A DNA stretch of 64,000 bases from Marispirochaeta sp. (GTDB taxonomy: Bacteria; Spirochaetota; Spirochaetia; JC444; Marispirochaetaceae), in assembly GCA_963676835.2 (NCBI GenBank), contig CAXXFF010000003.1, positions 608,001 through 672,000 of the forward strand. Direction: 5' to 3'. Every line of letters starts with the position of its first letter. The first letter of the stretch is position 1. This document shows positions 27,911-37,120 of the stretch, one piece after another. A program made the position numbers and the translations under genes. The notes under the pieces are model-generated. The model had not been told where the DNA came from, did no database searches, and saw only the letters and a list, made by a program, of their open reading frames with translations.

Positions 27911-28354
27911 ATGAAACGTATAGAACTGGATGATCTGGACAGTAAAATTGTTGCCCGCCTGAGGGTGGAAAACATTAACAACAGCGCCCTGGCTGAAGAG
28001 TTAGGGCTGTCTGAAGGTACGATCCGTCAGCGGATTAAGCGGCTGAAGGATTCGGGTGTCCTGAAAATCCGGGCGGTAATTAATCCTGACAGCCTTGTGC
28101 GGCAGCAGCTGGCCATGGTGGCGGTTAACGTCACCGAGTCCCGGCAGCTGGATGCCAAGGCTCAGGAGATTGCCGATCTTGCAAACGTACTCTCCGTATC
28201 TATCACCTCAGGACAGTACGACCTGATGGTTGAAGTTCTGGTGGACTCAAACCACGGCCTGGTGGAGTTTCTTACCGAAGATCTGGCTGCCATAAACGGT
28301 ATTGCCCGTACCGAAAGCTTTCTTATGCTGAAAAATTACCATAAGTACGTCTAA
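27911..28354 (+). CDS. Lrp/AsnC-family regulator (likely controls ald)
   Basis: LDDLD..I, LAEELGLSEGTIRQRIKRL, SGQYDL. Confidence 0.9.
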   Translation: MKRIELDDLDSKIVARLRVENINNSALAEELGLSEGTIRQRIKRLKDSGVLKIRAVINPDSLVRQQLAMVAVNVTESRQLDAKAQEIADLANVLSVSITSGQYDLMVEVLVDSNHGLVEFLTEDLAAINGIARTESFLMLKNYHKYV

Positions 28355-28457
28355 AATCCAGACACTCTATAACCCTGAAACTTTAAAAGATAGGTGACTG
28401 AATAAATCATAGTTTCGCTTTTCAGCAAATCCATATTATAATGCTGGCTGCAGAACT

Positions 28458-29558
28458 ATGATTAATAATGCCATACATCAATACCTGTACTTCATGGTCT
28501 TCGTCCTGTTTACTTTTATAGGGATTCAGCAGCTGACTTTCAGAAAAAAGCTGCAGCTGAACTATTTTCTTGCCATACTCTTCTGGGCCGGCGCATACAA
28601 TATGCTCTATTTCTGGGCTTACGATTTTGGTATTCAGGAGAAAATTCCCCTTCTGATAAATAGCGAAATTGTTGTCTCATTTCTGGTTGGGCCCTGCTTG
28701 TATCTATACTTTTCAGCCCTGATGGGCCGAAATGATATTCCCGGTAGAATACTTCTTCTTCATGGCCTGCCTTTTCTTGTTTCCCTGATATTGCTGGCAG
28801 GCATGAATCTGTTTTACCCGGCGCTGAATGCGACCTTCGGAGTTGCTTTCCGACCGGCACCGGATTACTCCTATAACACAACAGTATTTATTGTTAATAC
28901 CCTTTGCGACCTCTCCATTGCGCTCTACTTTCTGGCTGCCTTAATCAGGACGGTTTTGCTGTTTAAAGGACGTAAAGTTACCGTCCGTACAATGCTCATT
29001 ATTATCTATCTGGTATCATTCAGCTTGTCAGCAATTATGATGCTAATTGCCAATTTTACAAGAAACACAGCACTTCTGCAGATCAGCTTTGTGTTTATAA
29101 GTGCTATTGCCACAAGCTTCATTATTTTTTCTTTCCGTAATCCCGACTATGCAATTAAAGTAATCAGCGAAACCCGGGGAATACGGAAAAGTAAAGCCCT
29201 GGACAAAATTGATGATATTGAGGAAAGAAGTGCATCCATTACCAGGCTGATGCGGGAAAAAACTTTCTACCGTCAGCCGGACATTACTCTTCCCGGTTTG
29301 AGTAAACAACTTACGATAAAACCCCACGAGCTCTCATACATCCTGAACAATGTTTTGATGATGAACTTCAACTCCTACATCAACTCATTTCGTATTGAGG
29401 AAGCCAAGTCTCTGCTTTTGCAGCAGGACAAGATGAATGTTACCGAGATTGCCTTTCATGTAGGGTTTAACTCAACTTCTTCTTTTTACCGCTCCTTTGT
29501 AAAGGAGACAGGAGTCCCGCCAAAAGAGTTTATGAGAGGCGGGACCGGGCCTGCATGA
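28458..29558 (+). CDS. Membrane-bound AraC-family regulator (multi-TM N-terminus, C-terminal HTH)
   Basis: About 6-7 hydrophobic segments; NFNSYINSFRIEEAK, IAFHVGFNSTSSFYRSF. Confidence 0.9.
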   Translation: MINNAIHQYLYFMVFVLFTFIGIQQLTFRKKLQLNYFLAILFWAGAYNMLYFWAYDFGIQEKIPLLINSEIVVSFLVGPCLYLYFSALMGRNDIPGRILLLHGLPFLVSLILLAGMNLFYPALNATFGVAFRPAPDYSYNTTVFIVNTLCDLSIALYFLAALIRTVLLFKGRKVTVRTMLIIIYLVSFSLSAIMMLIANFTRNTALLQISFVFISAIATSFIIFSFRNPDYAIKVISETRGIRKSKALDKIDDIEERSASITRLMREKTFYRQPDITLPGLSKQLTIKPHELSYILNNVLMMNFNSYINSFRIEEAKSLLLQQDKMNVTEIAFHVGFNSTSSFYRSFVKETGVPPKEFMRGGTGPA

Positions 29559-30803
29559 TTACTTTGAATAAAGATAGGCTGCTCCGGCGTTGGTACCCTT
29601 CTCGTCTTCATAGCTTGCTCCCACGATAATTGCATCATCGGATATCGCAAGGGACGTCCCGTACCAGTCAGAATCAGCCCGGTCTGACGCCGTCAATTTC
29701 TTTGTCAGAGTCCAGTCACCGGATTCGGTTTGCCTCGTAAAGATATACGCCGAACCGGATCCGTTGGTGTCTCCAGTGGCACCGATAACTGCCGTATTTC
29801 CGGATATGGCAACAGAAGACCCAAAAGAATGTCCACCACCCGCATCATCGGCAAACAACTGCTGCGTCTGGCTCCAGACACCTGTATCACTGTTTCGGGT
29901 GAAAATGTAAGCCGCACCTATTTCTCTCAGATTTTCGTCCATGTAATACTTCGCACCTGCAATAGCGGTATCACCGGAGATGCAGACAGACTCGCCGAAA
30001 TAATCCCCGGTTCCACCGTCTGAAGCGGTCAGTATTGCAGTCTGGGACCAATGGGGATCTGCGGCTGAATTGTAGGTAAAGATGTAGGCCTTACCTGTTT
30101 CAGAGGTATCTCCATAGGCCCCGATAATAGCTGTTTCTCCATCCACAGAGACAGATGAACCGAACAGATTTCCTGAAGAACCGTCTGATGCTGTTACTTT
30201 TTGTTCCTCTTCACCTTCATAAAAATAGGCCGCCCCTTCATTGGTGCTATCACCGGGAGCCCCGATAAGACAACAAGAGAATCCTTCCAGTGAAACAGCA
30301 TAGCCGTAGCGAGCACTTGCTGCTGCATTATCGGGGTATTGTTTTTCCGATGAAAGTACCCAGGTGTTATTTATGTTTGCAGCTGCATACACTGTACCTG
30401 CGTTGCTGCCATTATCATCATTACCATAGGCACCGATAATGGCTATATTGCCGGAAACAGAAACTGCACAGCCAAAGTAATCACCCGCGGCTCCATCAGT
30501 GGGGACCAGTTTTGTTAACTGAGTCGCTGAGCCGCCGCTTGTGGAATAAATATAGGCTGAACCGGAGCTACTGCCCTTATCATCATTACCTTCTGCGCCA
30601 ACAATAAAGGTTTCTCCGGATAAAGAAAGTACACGACCGAAGCCGTCGGAAGCTGCACCGTCATCGGCGAGTACCTTATTTTCTATAGCATCGTCCCAGG
30701 TTGTGTCGCCTGTTGTGTCTCCCGAACCGCTTCCTCCAGCCCCGGTATCTCCGCAGGAAAAAATCAATACAAGAATAAATACTACTATTGGTATCTGTTT
30801 CAT
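29559..30803 (-). CDS. FG-GAP repeat (beta-propeller) lipoprotein
   Basis: Lipobox LIFSC; about 7 repeats of ASDG...D.FG.SV.ISG...VGA...G.AYIF. Confidence 0.88.
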   Translation of the reverse strand: MKQIPIVVFILVLIFSCGDTGAGGSGSGDTTGDTTWDDAIENKVLADDGAASDGFGRVLSLSGETFIVGAEGNDDKGSSSGSAYIYSTSGGSATQLTKLVPTDGAAGDYFGCAVSVSGNIAIIGAYGNDDNGSNAGTVYAAANINNTWVLSSEKQYPDNAAASARYGYAVSLEGFSCCLIGAPGDSTNEGAAYFYEGEEEQKVTASDGSSGNLFGSSVSVDGETAIIGAYGDTSETGKAYIFTYNSAADPHWSQTAILTASDGGTGDYFGESVCISGDTAIAGAKYYMDENLREIGAAYIFTRNSDTGVWSQTQQLFADDAGGGHSFGSSVAISGNTAVIGATGDTNGSGSAYIFTRQTESGDWTLTKKLTASDRADSDWYGTSLAISDDAIIVGASYEDEKGTNAGAAYLYSK

Positions 30804-30867
30804 ACATTCACTCCCTTACTTACTGTTTTTCAGTTTTTCACCAAAATTGTAGCCGTGTCCGGGATAC

Positions 30868-30898
30868 AACTCTTCCTGATTTATAATCTGGGAATAAA
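30868..30898. promoter_or_regulatory. Conserved upstream element, copy A
   Basis: AACTCTTCCTGATTTATAATCTGGGAATAAA, near-identical to 32239-32269. Confidence 0.65.
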
Positions 30899-30939
30899 TT
30901 TGTAAGTAAAGACAGTTTCTTGATGTAAGACACTGAATC

Positions 30940-32181
30940 TTACTTTGTGTATATATAGGCTGCCCCGTTCCAGGAATCTGTATATGAACCAACAATGACC
31001 GAATCACCGGAAAGGGCAACGGAATTGATGCAAAATCCACCACTGGTCCAATGGCCGGGGAGCTTTCTGATCTGGGACCATTCCCCTGTACCAGAATTGC
31101 CGGTAAAGATATAGGCCGAACCGTAGCTGCCGTTCAGAGCATACATTCCTATTACAGCAGTACTGCCATCAATTGCCACGGAATATCCAAAATGATCCCC
31201 CCCGCTACCATCCAAAGCGGTCAGTTTCTCTTTCTCAAGCCATTCTTCACTTGCCGAATCATATGTGAATATGTATGCAGAACCGGAAGAATCTCCTTTA
31301 TCATCATCAGAATCAGATCCAACAATGGCAGTCAGCCCGGATATACCGACTGAGACCCCGAAACGATCATATTGTTCGGCATCTGATGCTGTTAGTTTTG
31401 CCACCTGTGACCAAAGGCCGGTATCTGTATTATAGGAAAAGATATAGGAAGCACCAGACGCACTCCCGCTATCATCATCATACCAGGATCCGATAAGAGC
31501 TATATCCCCATCTATTGCTACAGAACAGCCAAATCCATCCCCTGCAGCTTCATCTCCAGAGTGAAGTTTCGCAGTCTGGCTCCAGTTTCCATTTGTCGGA
31601 TTATATTCAAAGATATAGACAGAGCCAGAACCGGCCCCTTTATCATCATCACCAGGCGCGCCAATGATGGCTCTATTCCCGGAAAGAGAAACTGAAGAGC
31701 CGAAAGCATCATCTGAAGCGCCATCTCCCGGAGTTATTTTTTGCGGGAGCAACCCGCCATAAATATAAACCGAGCCCGAATCTTCACCCATGTCATCTTC
31801 CCCTTGTGCGCCGACTATTACCCAATCATCACAAATTGATACCGCTCCACCGTATGAATCGTCTTCTGCACCATCACCAGCATAGAGTTTAGAAATCTGC
31901 GACCAACTGGTGCCATTCCTCGAAAAAATATAAGCCGCGCCTGAATCATTTACATTGCCATCTCCATCTCTGGCCCCGATAACAGCTCTATCCCCTGAAA
32001 TCGACACGGACCGACCAAAATAATCGAGCTGCGAAGGGTCACTTGCAGCAATTCTTTTTTCTACAATGTCATCCCAGGTGGACTCCACTGATGTTTCCTG
32101 GCTCCCCCCTCCCCCTGCTCCGGTCTCGCCGCAGGAGAAAAAGAGAAGAATACCCAAAAAACTCATCAACGCACATTTCAT
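30940..32181 (-). CDS. FG-GAP repeat (beta-propeller) lipoprotein, paralog
   Basis: Lipobox LFFSC; same repeats; shared N-terminus SCG.TGAGG.GS...TWDD..E. Confidence 0.88.
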   Translation of the reverse strand: MKCALMSFLGILLFFSCGETGAGGGGSQETSVESTWDDIVEKRIAASDPSQLDYFGRSVSISGDRAVIGARDGDGNVNDSGAAYIFSRNGTSWSQISKLYAGDGAEDDSYGGAVSICDDWVIVGAQGEDDMGEDSGSVYIYGGLLPQKITPGDGASDDAFGSSVSLSGNRAIIGAPGDDDKGAGSGSVYIFEYNPTNGNWSQTAKLHSGDEAAGDGFGCSVAIDGDIALIGSWYDDDSGSASGASYIFSYNTDTGLWSQVAKLTASDAEQYDRFGVSVGISGLTAIVGSDSDDDKGDSSGSAYIFTYDSASEEWLEKEKLTALDGSGGDHFGYSVAIDGSTAVIGMYALNGSYGSAYIFTGNSGTGEWSQIRKLPGHWTSGGFCINSVALSGDSVIVGSYTDSWNGAAYIYTK

Positions 32182-32238
32182 GCATACACTCCATTGCTTA
32201 CTGTTTATTCAATGAAATTGTATCCATGGGTGGGAAAA

Positions 32239-32269
32239 AACTCTTCCCAGTTTATAATCTGGGAATAAA
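32239..32269. promoter_or_regulatory. Conserved upstream element, copy B (palindrome TTCCCAG-N8-CTGGGAA)
   Basis: AACTCTTCCCAGTTTATAATCTGGGAATAAA. Confidence 0.65.
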
Positions 32270-32568
32270 AAAAGGTTTTTAGTACCATAAACCGAGTTTC
32301 TGCGGCCCTCTGCTTTCCTGTTTCCACTTCTTTTGCACTCCTGCCCGCCCCCCTTATCACGCATCCTGATATGTGCTATAGTCCGTTTAATTGCGGCTCA
32401 TTTTGGTTGAGACCGCAGCTTTTGATCAGTGCATCCAACCTTTAATCCCTACCAGGAATAATCAAACCCTGTTATGCAAAGACAAGCTGAATGCTTGTAA
32501 TCTGCGGTTGTATGTCAGAATCATCAGACTGATCCGGGAAATCCGGTATACAACAGGCGGAAATTGAC

Positions 32569-34275
32569 ATGACAGAATTCTCATCTCTCCCTTTGAAGCA
32601 GGAGCTTATTAATGCCTGCTCAGCCCTCGGCTTTGAGAAGCCGACCCCTATTCAGGCACGGGCCATCCCTGCCCTTATTGAATCATCCAGCGACCTCGTA
32701 GCCCTGGCCGGCACGGGTACAGGAAAAACTGCAGCCTTCGGACTGCCTATGCTGCATAAGCTTGATCCCGACTCCCGAACCATTCAGGCCCTGGTTCTGA
32801 GCCCTACCCGGGAGCTCTGCTGCCAGATAAGCGCAGACCTGAAGAACTTTGCCAAAGAGCTTCCAGGCGTACGCATTGTTCCCGTCTACGGCGGAGCCAG
32901 TATGGGAACCCAGATTCGGGACCTTAAAAGAAACCCCCAGATTGTGGTTGCCACACCGGGCCGGCTGATTGACCATCTGGAACGGGGAAATATCGACCTT
33001 ACCAATCTTGCAACCCTTGTTCTGGACGAAGCGGACGAAATGCTTTCCATGGGGTTCCGGGAAGAGCTTGAAACCATTATTGCCGGTACCTCCGGCGAAA
33101 AGCAGACCTGCCTCTTTTCAGCGACAATGCCCCGGGATATCCGCAGCATTATCAGTTCCTACCTGAATGACCCTCAGGAAATTTCAGTGCCGAAGGAACA
33201 CCAGGACACAGGCAAGGTAGACCACCGCTACTGCATGGTAAAGCAGCATGAACGTTTTGAAACTTTAAGCAGGTTTATTGCCCGCCACAGCGACATGTAC
33301 GGTATTGTATTCTGCCGAACCAAGGACCAGACCAGAGAGATTGCCGACAAGCTTGGTGAAGCAGGTTTTGCAGCGGAAGCAATCCACGGGGATCTCTCCC
33401 AGCAGCAGCGTGACTATGTTATGCAGCGTTTCCGCAACCGCATTGTAAAGATTCTGGTTGCCACCGACGTAGCTGCCCGGGGAATCGATGTAAACGACCT
33501 TTCCCATGTTATTCACTATGAACTTCCCCATAACGCGGAATCCTATGTACACCGTTCAGGCAGAACCGGACGGGCCGGCAAGGAAGGAACTTCCGTTGCC
33601 ATAGTTACTCCGAAAGACGGCTACAAGGTACGCTCCCTGGGCAAGCGGATTAACAGTGAAGTAACCAAGATGAACGTTCCCACGGGAAACGAAATTCTTG
33701 CCTATCATATATCCGAATTCGTTGAAGAGATAAAAAACCCTGCACCCATGGGAGACCATGAGCGGGAACATTTCTCCAACGCGGTGGAGGAGCTGAATGA
33801 ACTGTCCAAAGAAGAACTCATTGAGCGGATTCTCTACTCCCGCTTCGGTGAACAGATTGAATATTACCGCAGCCGGCAGGACATAAAAGGCCACTCCGAG
33901 GATTCCGGAAGACGAGGCAGATACGACCGTAATGACCGGTATGACCGCAATGAAAGAAGCGACAGAAACCGCGGTGACCGGGGGAACAACAGACGGGCCG
34001 GCAATCCCCGGGATAGAAGAGACCGCGGCGGTTTTGATGACAACAGAAATGTGGACTTCGCCCGGGTAATGTTTCCCATGGGCTCCAAAGACGGACTCAG
34101 AAAGGGCGACCTTATCGGTCTTGCCAACAAGGTAATGAAGGGAAAGCAGTTCCCCGTCGGCAAGGTTATGTTGAAAACCAACAGTGCCACCATTGAAGTT
34201 CCCCGGGATATGTCCGCGGAACTGGCAAAAAGGCTGGATGGCAAGGTTGTCAAGGAAAAGAAGAAAAGCGCTTAA
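32569..34275 (+). CDS. DEAD-box RNA helicase (DeaD/CshA-like, C-terminal DbpA-type RNA-binding domain)
   Basis: PTPIQ, GTGKT, PTREL, TPGR, DEAD, SAT, ARGID, HRSGRTGR; R/D-rich linker. Confidence 0.96.
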   Translation: MTEFSSLPLKQELINACSALGFEKPTPIQARAIPALIESSSDLVALAGTGTGKTAAFGLPMLHKLDPDSRTIQALVLSPTRELCCQISADLKNFAKELPGVRIVPVYGGASMGTQIRDLKRNPQIVVATPGRLIDHLERGNIDLTNLATLVLDEADEMLSMGFREELETIIAGTSGEKQTCLFSATMPRDIRSIISSYLNDPQEISVPKEHQDTGKVDHRYCMVKQHERFETLSRFIARHSDMYGIVFCRTKDQTREIADKLGEAGFAAEAIHGDLSQQQRDYVMQRFRNRIVKILVATDVAARGIDVNDLSHVIHYELPHNAESYVHRSGRTGRAGKEGTSVAIVTPKDGYKVRSLGKRINSEVTKMNVPTGNEILAYHISEFVEEIKNPAPMGDHEREHFSNAVEELNELSKEELIERILYSRFGEQIEYYRSRQDIKGHSEDSGRRGRYDRNDRYDRNERSDRNRGDRGNNRRAGNPRDRRDRGGFDDNRNVDFARVMFPMGSKDGLRKGDLIGLANKVMKGKQFPVGKVMLKTNSATIEVPRDMSAELAKRLDGKVVKEKKKSA

Positions 34276-34952
34276 TCCTCAAACTGAATCAACTCACGGT
34301 CCCTGTCGGTTATTTCACCATAGGGGCCGCGCATTTCCCGGGGCAGCAGATCAGCCAGCTGAACCATCATGGCTCTGGCAAGGGCCTGCCGCTCCTCCTT
34401 GCCGATCTTCTCGGGTTTGGCAAGGCGAAAGGTTTTACCCACCTTGAATACTATTCTTGTTCTGCGGAAACGGCGTACATTCCGGGAAATGTTCTGACTT
34501 CCGTAATGAGCAACAGGAATAACCGGCACATCGTTTTTAACCGCAAGGGTTACAACTCCCGGGTTGGCAGGCAGCAGAATACCGTTCCGGGAGCGGGTAC
34601 CTTCCGGAGCAAGCCCGATAATTGCATCTTCAGAAAGCAAGTCACCAATTTTACGGAATGTTGCTCCCGGAGAAGCCCCCCGCTCGATAGGAATTCCTCC
34701 CCAGCGCTTTGCAATGGTACTGATTACGGGAATCCGGGAAATTTCAACCTTCATAATTCCATAGATGGTTCTGGGCCGCATGAGCAGATAGAACATCGGG
34801 GCTTCAAGAAAGTTGATATGATTGAATATCAGAATAAGCGGCCCCTTCTCCGGCATTTTTTCCCGCAATTCAGAATCATCTATAGAACAGACCATTCGCA
34901 GCAGAAGAGAAACAACTCCATCGAAAATACGTCCCAGCATATTACCATCCAT
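34272..34952 (-). CDS. Lysophospholipid acyltransferase (PlsC family)
   Basis: NHINFLE (HX4E variant), PIERG, APEGTRS, VPVIPV. Confidence 0.88.
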   Translation of the reverse strand: MDGNMLGRIFDGVVSLLLRMVCSIDDSELREKMPEKGPLILIFNHINFLEAPMFYLLMRPRTIYGIMKVEISRIPVISTIAKRWGGIPIERGASPGATFRKIGDLLSEDAIIGLAPEGTRSRNGILLPANPGVVTLAVKNDVPVIPVAHYGSQNISRNVRRFRRTRIVFKVGKTFRLAKPEKIGKEERQALARAMMVQLADLLPREMRGPYGEITDRDRELIQFED

Positions 34953-35020
34953 AGCAGAAAGAACTGAGCTACCAAGATAACAGGAAAAAGCAGACTATAG
35001 TACCTTTTTTTGATAATATA

Positions 35021-35758
35021 ATGACAATGGAAGAAAACAGGTCCTCCAATGGAAAATTTCCTGAATTTGCCAAGGGCGCCAGGGATACTATTCCCCTTCT
35101 TTTAGGGGCTCTGCCCTTCGGACTTATTTACGGAACCATGGCCATTACCGCCGGAATGAGTCGTACCGCAGCAGCTGCAATGTCGGCCTTTGTCTTTGCC
35201 GGGTCTGCCCAGTTTATTGCCGTAGGCCTGATCGGAGCAGGGACACCGGTGCTGGTCGTTGTTGCCACCACCTTTGTGGTTAATCTCCGGCATATGCTCT
35301 ACAGTGCAACACTGCTGCCGAGCCTTAAAAAACTGCCCGTTTCATGGCGGGCTGTACTGGCCTTTTTTTTAACCGACGAAACCTTCGCTGTTTCGGTCCA
35401 CCGCTGGAACGCAACGGACAAATCGGAAAACAAACACTGGTATCAGCTTGGCTCCTCTTTAGCCATGTATCTCAACTGGCAGTTCTGGTGCTTTACCGGA
35501 ACCCTTATTGGTTCGAGCATTCCCGATGCCGCCGACTGGGGTCTGGATGTGGCCATGCCGGTTACCTTTATCGGTATGACCATCCCTTTTGTGCGCTCTG
35601 TTCCCATGGTTGTCTGTGTAGCTGCAGCGGCAATAACCGCTCTTCTCTTTAACGGACTCCCCTATAAAGCGGGGCTCATGATAGCCGCTGCGGTTGGCAT
35701 TATCAGCGGCCTTGCAGCAGAAAGAGTAAAGCTCAGGCGGAGAGGTGCGAAAGTATGA
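35021..35758 (+). CDS. azlC: AzlC-family branched-chain amino acid exporter
   Basis: [22 protein letters not shown]. Confidence 0.93.
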   Translation: MTMEENRSSNGKFPEFAKGARDTIPLLLGALPFGLIYGTMAITAGMSRTAAAAMSAFVFAGSAQFIAVGLIGAGTPVLVVVATTFVVNLRHMLYSATLLPSLKKLPVSWRAVLAFFLTDETFAVSVHRWNATDKSENKHWYQLGSSLAMYLNWQFWCFTGTLIGSSIPDAADWGLDVAMPVTFIGMTIPFVRSVPMVVCVAAAAITALLFNGLPYKAGLMIAAAVGIISGLAAERVKLRRRGAKV

Positions 35759-36090
35759 CTTTAACAGAATTACTGATTATTGCCGGGATGCTTCTGGTTA
35801 CTTACAGCATCCGCAGTATCCTTCTGCTGTTTTCCGGCAAAATACAGCTCTCATCCGGAATTGAGCGGGCCCTCGCCTATGTTCCGCCAGCAGTACTCAC
35901 TGCGATAACCGTCCCGGCGGTTTTAATGCCCCGGGGAGGAATAGAAGTCAGTATGGGGAATCACTATCTTCTCAGTGCCGCTGCCGCTGTAACTGCTGGG
36001 GTAATCTTTCACCGCATAGCATTATGGGCGGCTATTGTTACAGGGCTTGCAGTCTTTGTGCTCTGGAAAATATTTTATCCCCTTGCTTAA
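35755..36090 (+). CDS. azlD: AzlD-family protein
   Basis: [21 protein letters not shown] overlap with azlC. Confidence 0.9.
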   Translation: MTLTELLIIAGMLLVTYSIRSILLLFSGKIQLSSGIERALAYVPPAVLTAITVPAVLMPRGGIEVSMGNHYLLSAAAAVTAGVIFHRIALWAAIVTGLAVFVLWKIFYPLA

Positions 36091-36118
36091 GCATCCCCGG
36101 GATAGTAGAATTTGACCA

Positions 36119-37120
36119 GTGGTGGAAGATAAAGAAATAAACGAAGACAAAAAGTCCGTACTTCTCTCCAGGGCGGCCATTTTCTCCGACCTTACCAGTG
36201 ACGAAATTAAAGTCCTTGCAGTTCATTCTGCATATTACACTTTTAACGCCGATGAGTTTCTGTACCGGAAAGGAAGCAGTGAAACAGAACTGTTCGTTCT
36301 GGATACAGGAGAGGTCAATATTATACGGGAGAGCGATTCCGGAAGAAGTCAGGTGGTTGCCCGTTTTGTTTCGGGAGAAAGCTTCGGAGAACTGGATCTT
36401 CTCTCAATGTCCCCCAGAGAAGAGTCGGCTCAGACAACCACAACAACTAATATTCTGATTTTTCCCGCCCGGGGGATCTCTTTTCAGAAAATACTCTCAT
36501 CCAATCCCGCTTGGGCGAACAGAGTGCTGAAAAAATTCATGTGCTCCGTTGCCGATAGAATCCGGCAGTCAAATAAACGGATAAAAGAAAATTCCCCATG
36601 GATACAGGAACTTCGCAGAAAATTTTATACCGATTTTCGCACCGGACTGCCGAACAGAACCTTTCTTGAAGACAATCTGTCCGGCTTTTTCTCATCAGGA
36701 CGTTGCAGTCTGCTCATGTTCAAGCCGGATAATTTCAAGGAAATTAACGACAGCTTCGGCCATAAAGCCGGTGATATTGCCATAGAAGAGATCGGCGAGT
36801 TTTTTTCCGGGATAATTGCAGAAGATGAAACAGCCGTCAGATTTATGAGTAACGAGTTTGCCGTAATTCTGCCCGACTCAGATCTGGAGAAGGCAAAAAT
36901 ACGGGCCGGAGAAATTCAGGATATGCAGTGCAGAATGAATTTCAGAAAAGCCACCGGCGGCACCAGTATGGATATAACCGTATCTGTGGGTATTGCACAG
37001 TACCCTGATCACGCAGATACCCCGGCGGAGATTATACGTCTGGCCCATGAGTACGCAATGATGGGCCGGCAGAACGGACGAAGACGGATTCTTGTTGCCG
37101 GCGAAGAGGTCTCCCCATGA
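36119..37120 (+). CDS. cNMP-binding domain plus degenerate GGDEF domain protein
   Basis: SFGEL..SPREESA; TGLPNR, NFKEINDSFGHKAGD, signature RFMSNEF. Confidence 0.88.
   Translation: MVEDKEINEDKKSVLLSRAAIFSDLTSDEIKVLAVHSAYYTFNADEFLYRKGSSETELFVLDTGEVNIIRESDSGRSQVVARFVSGESFGELDLLSMSPREESAQTTTTTNILIFPARGISFQKILSSNPAWANRVLKKFMCSVADRIRQSNKRIKENSPWIQELRRKFYTDFRTGLPNRTFLEDNLSGFFSSGRCSLLMFKPDNFKEINDSFGHKAGDIAIEEIGEFFSGIIAEDETAVRFMSNEFAVILPDSDLEKAKIRAGEIQDMQCRMNFRKATGGTSMDITVSVGIAQYPDHADTPAEIIRLAHEYAMMGRQNGRRRILVAGEEVSP

Noticed and set aside
33900..34050. RYDRND-type repeats in the helicase
   Set aside because: Ordinary low-complexity charged linker of DEAD-box helicases
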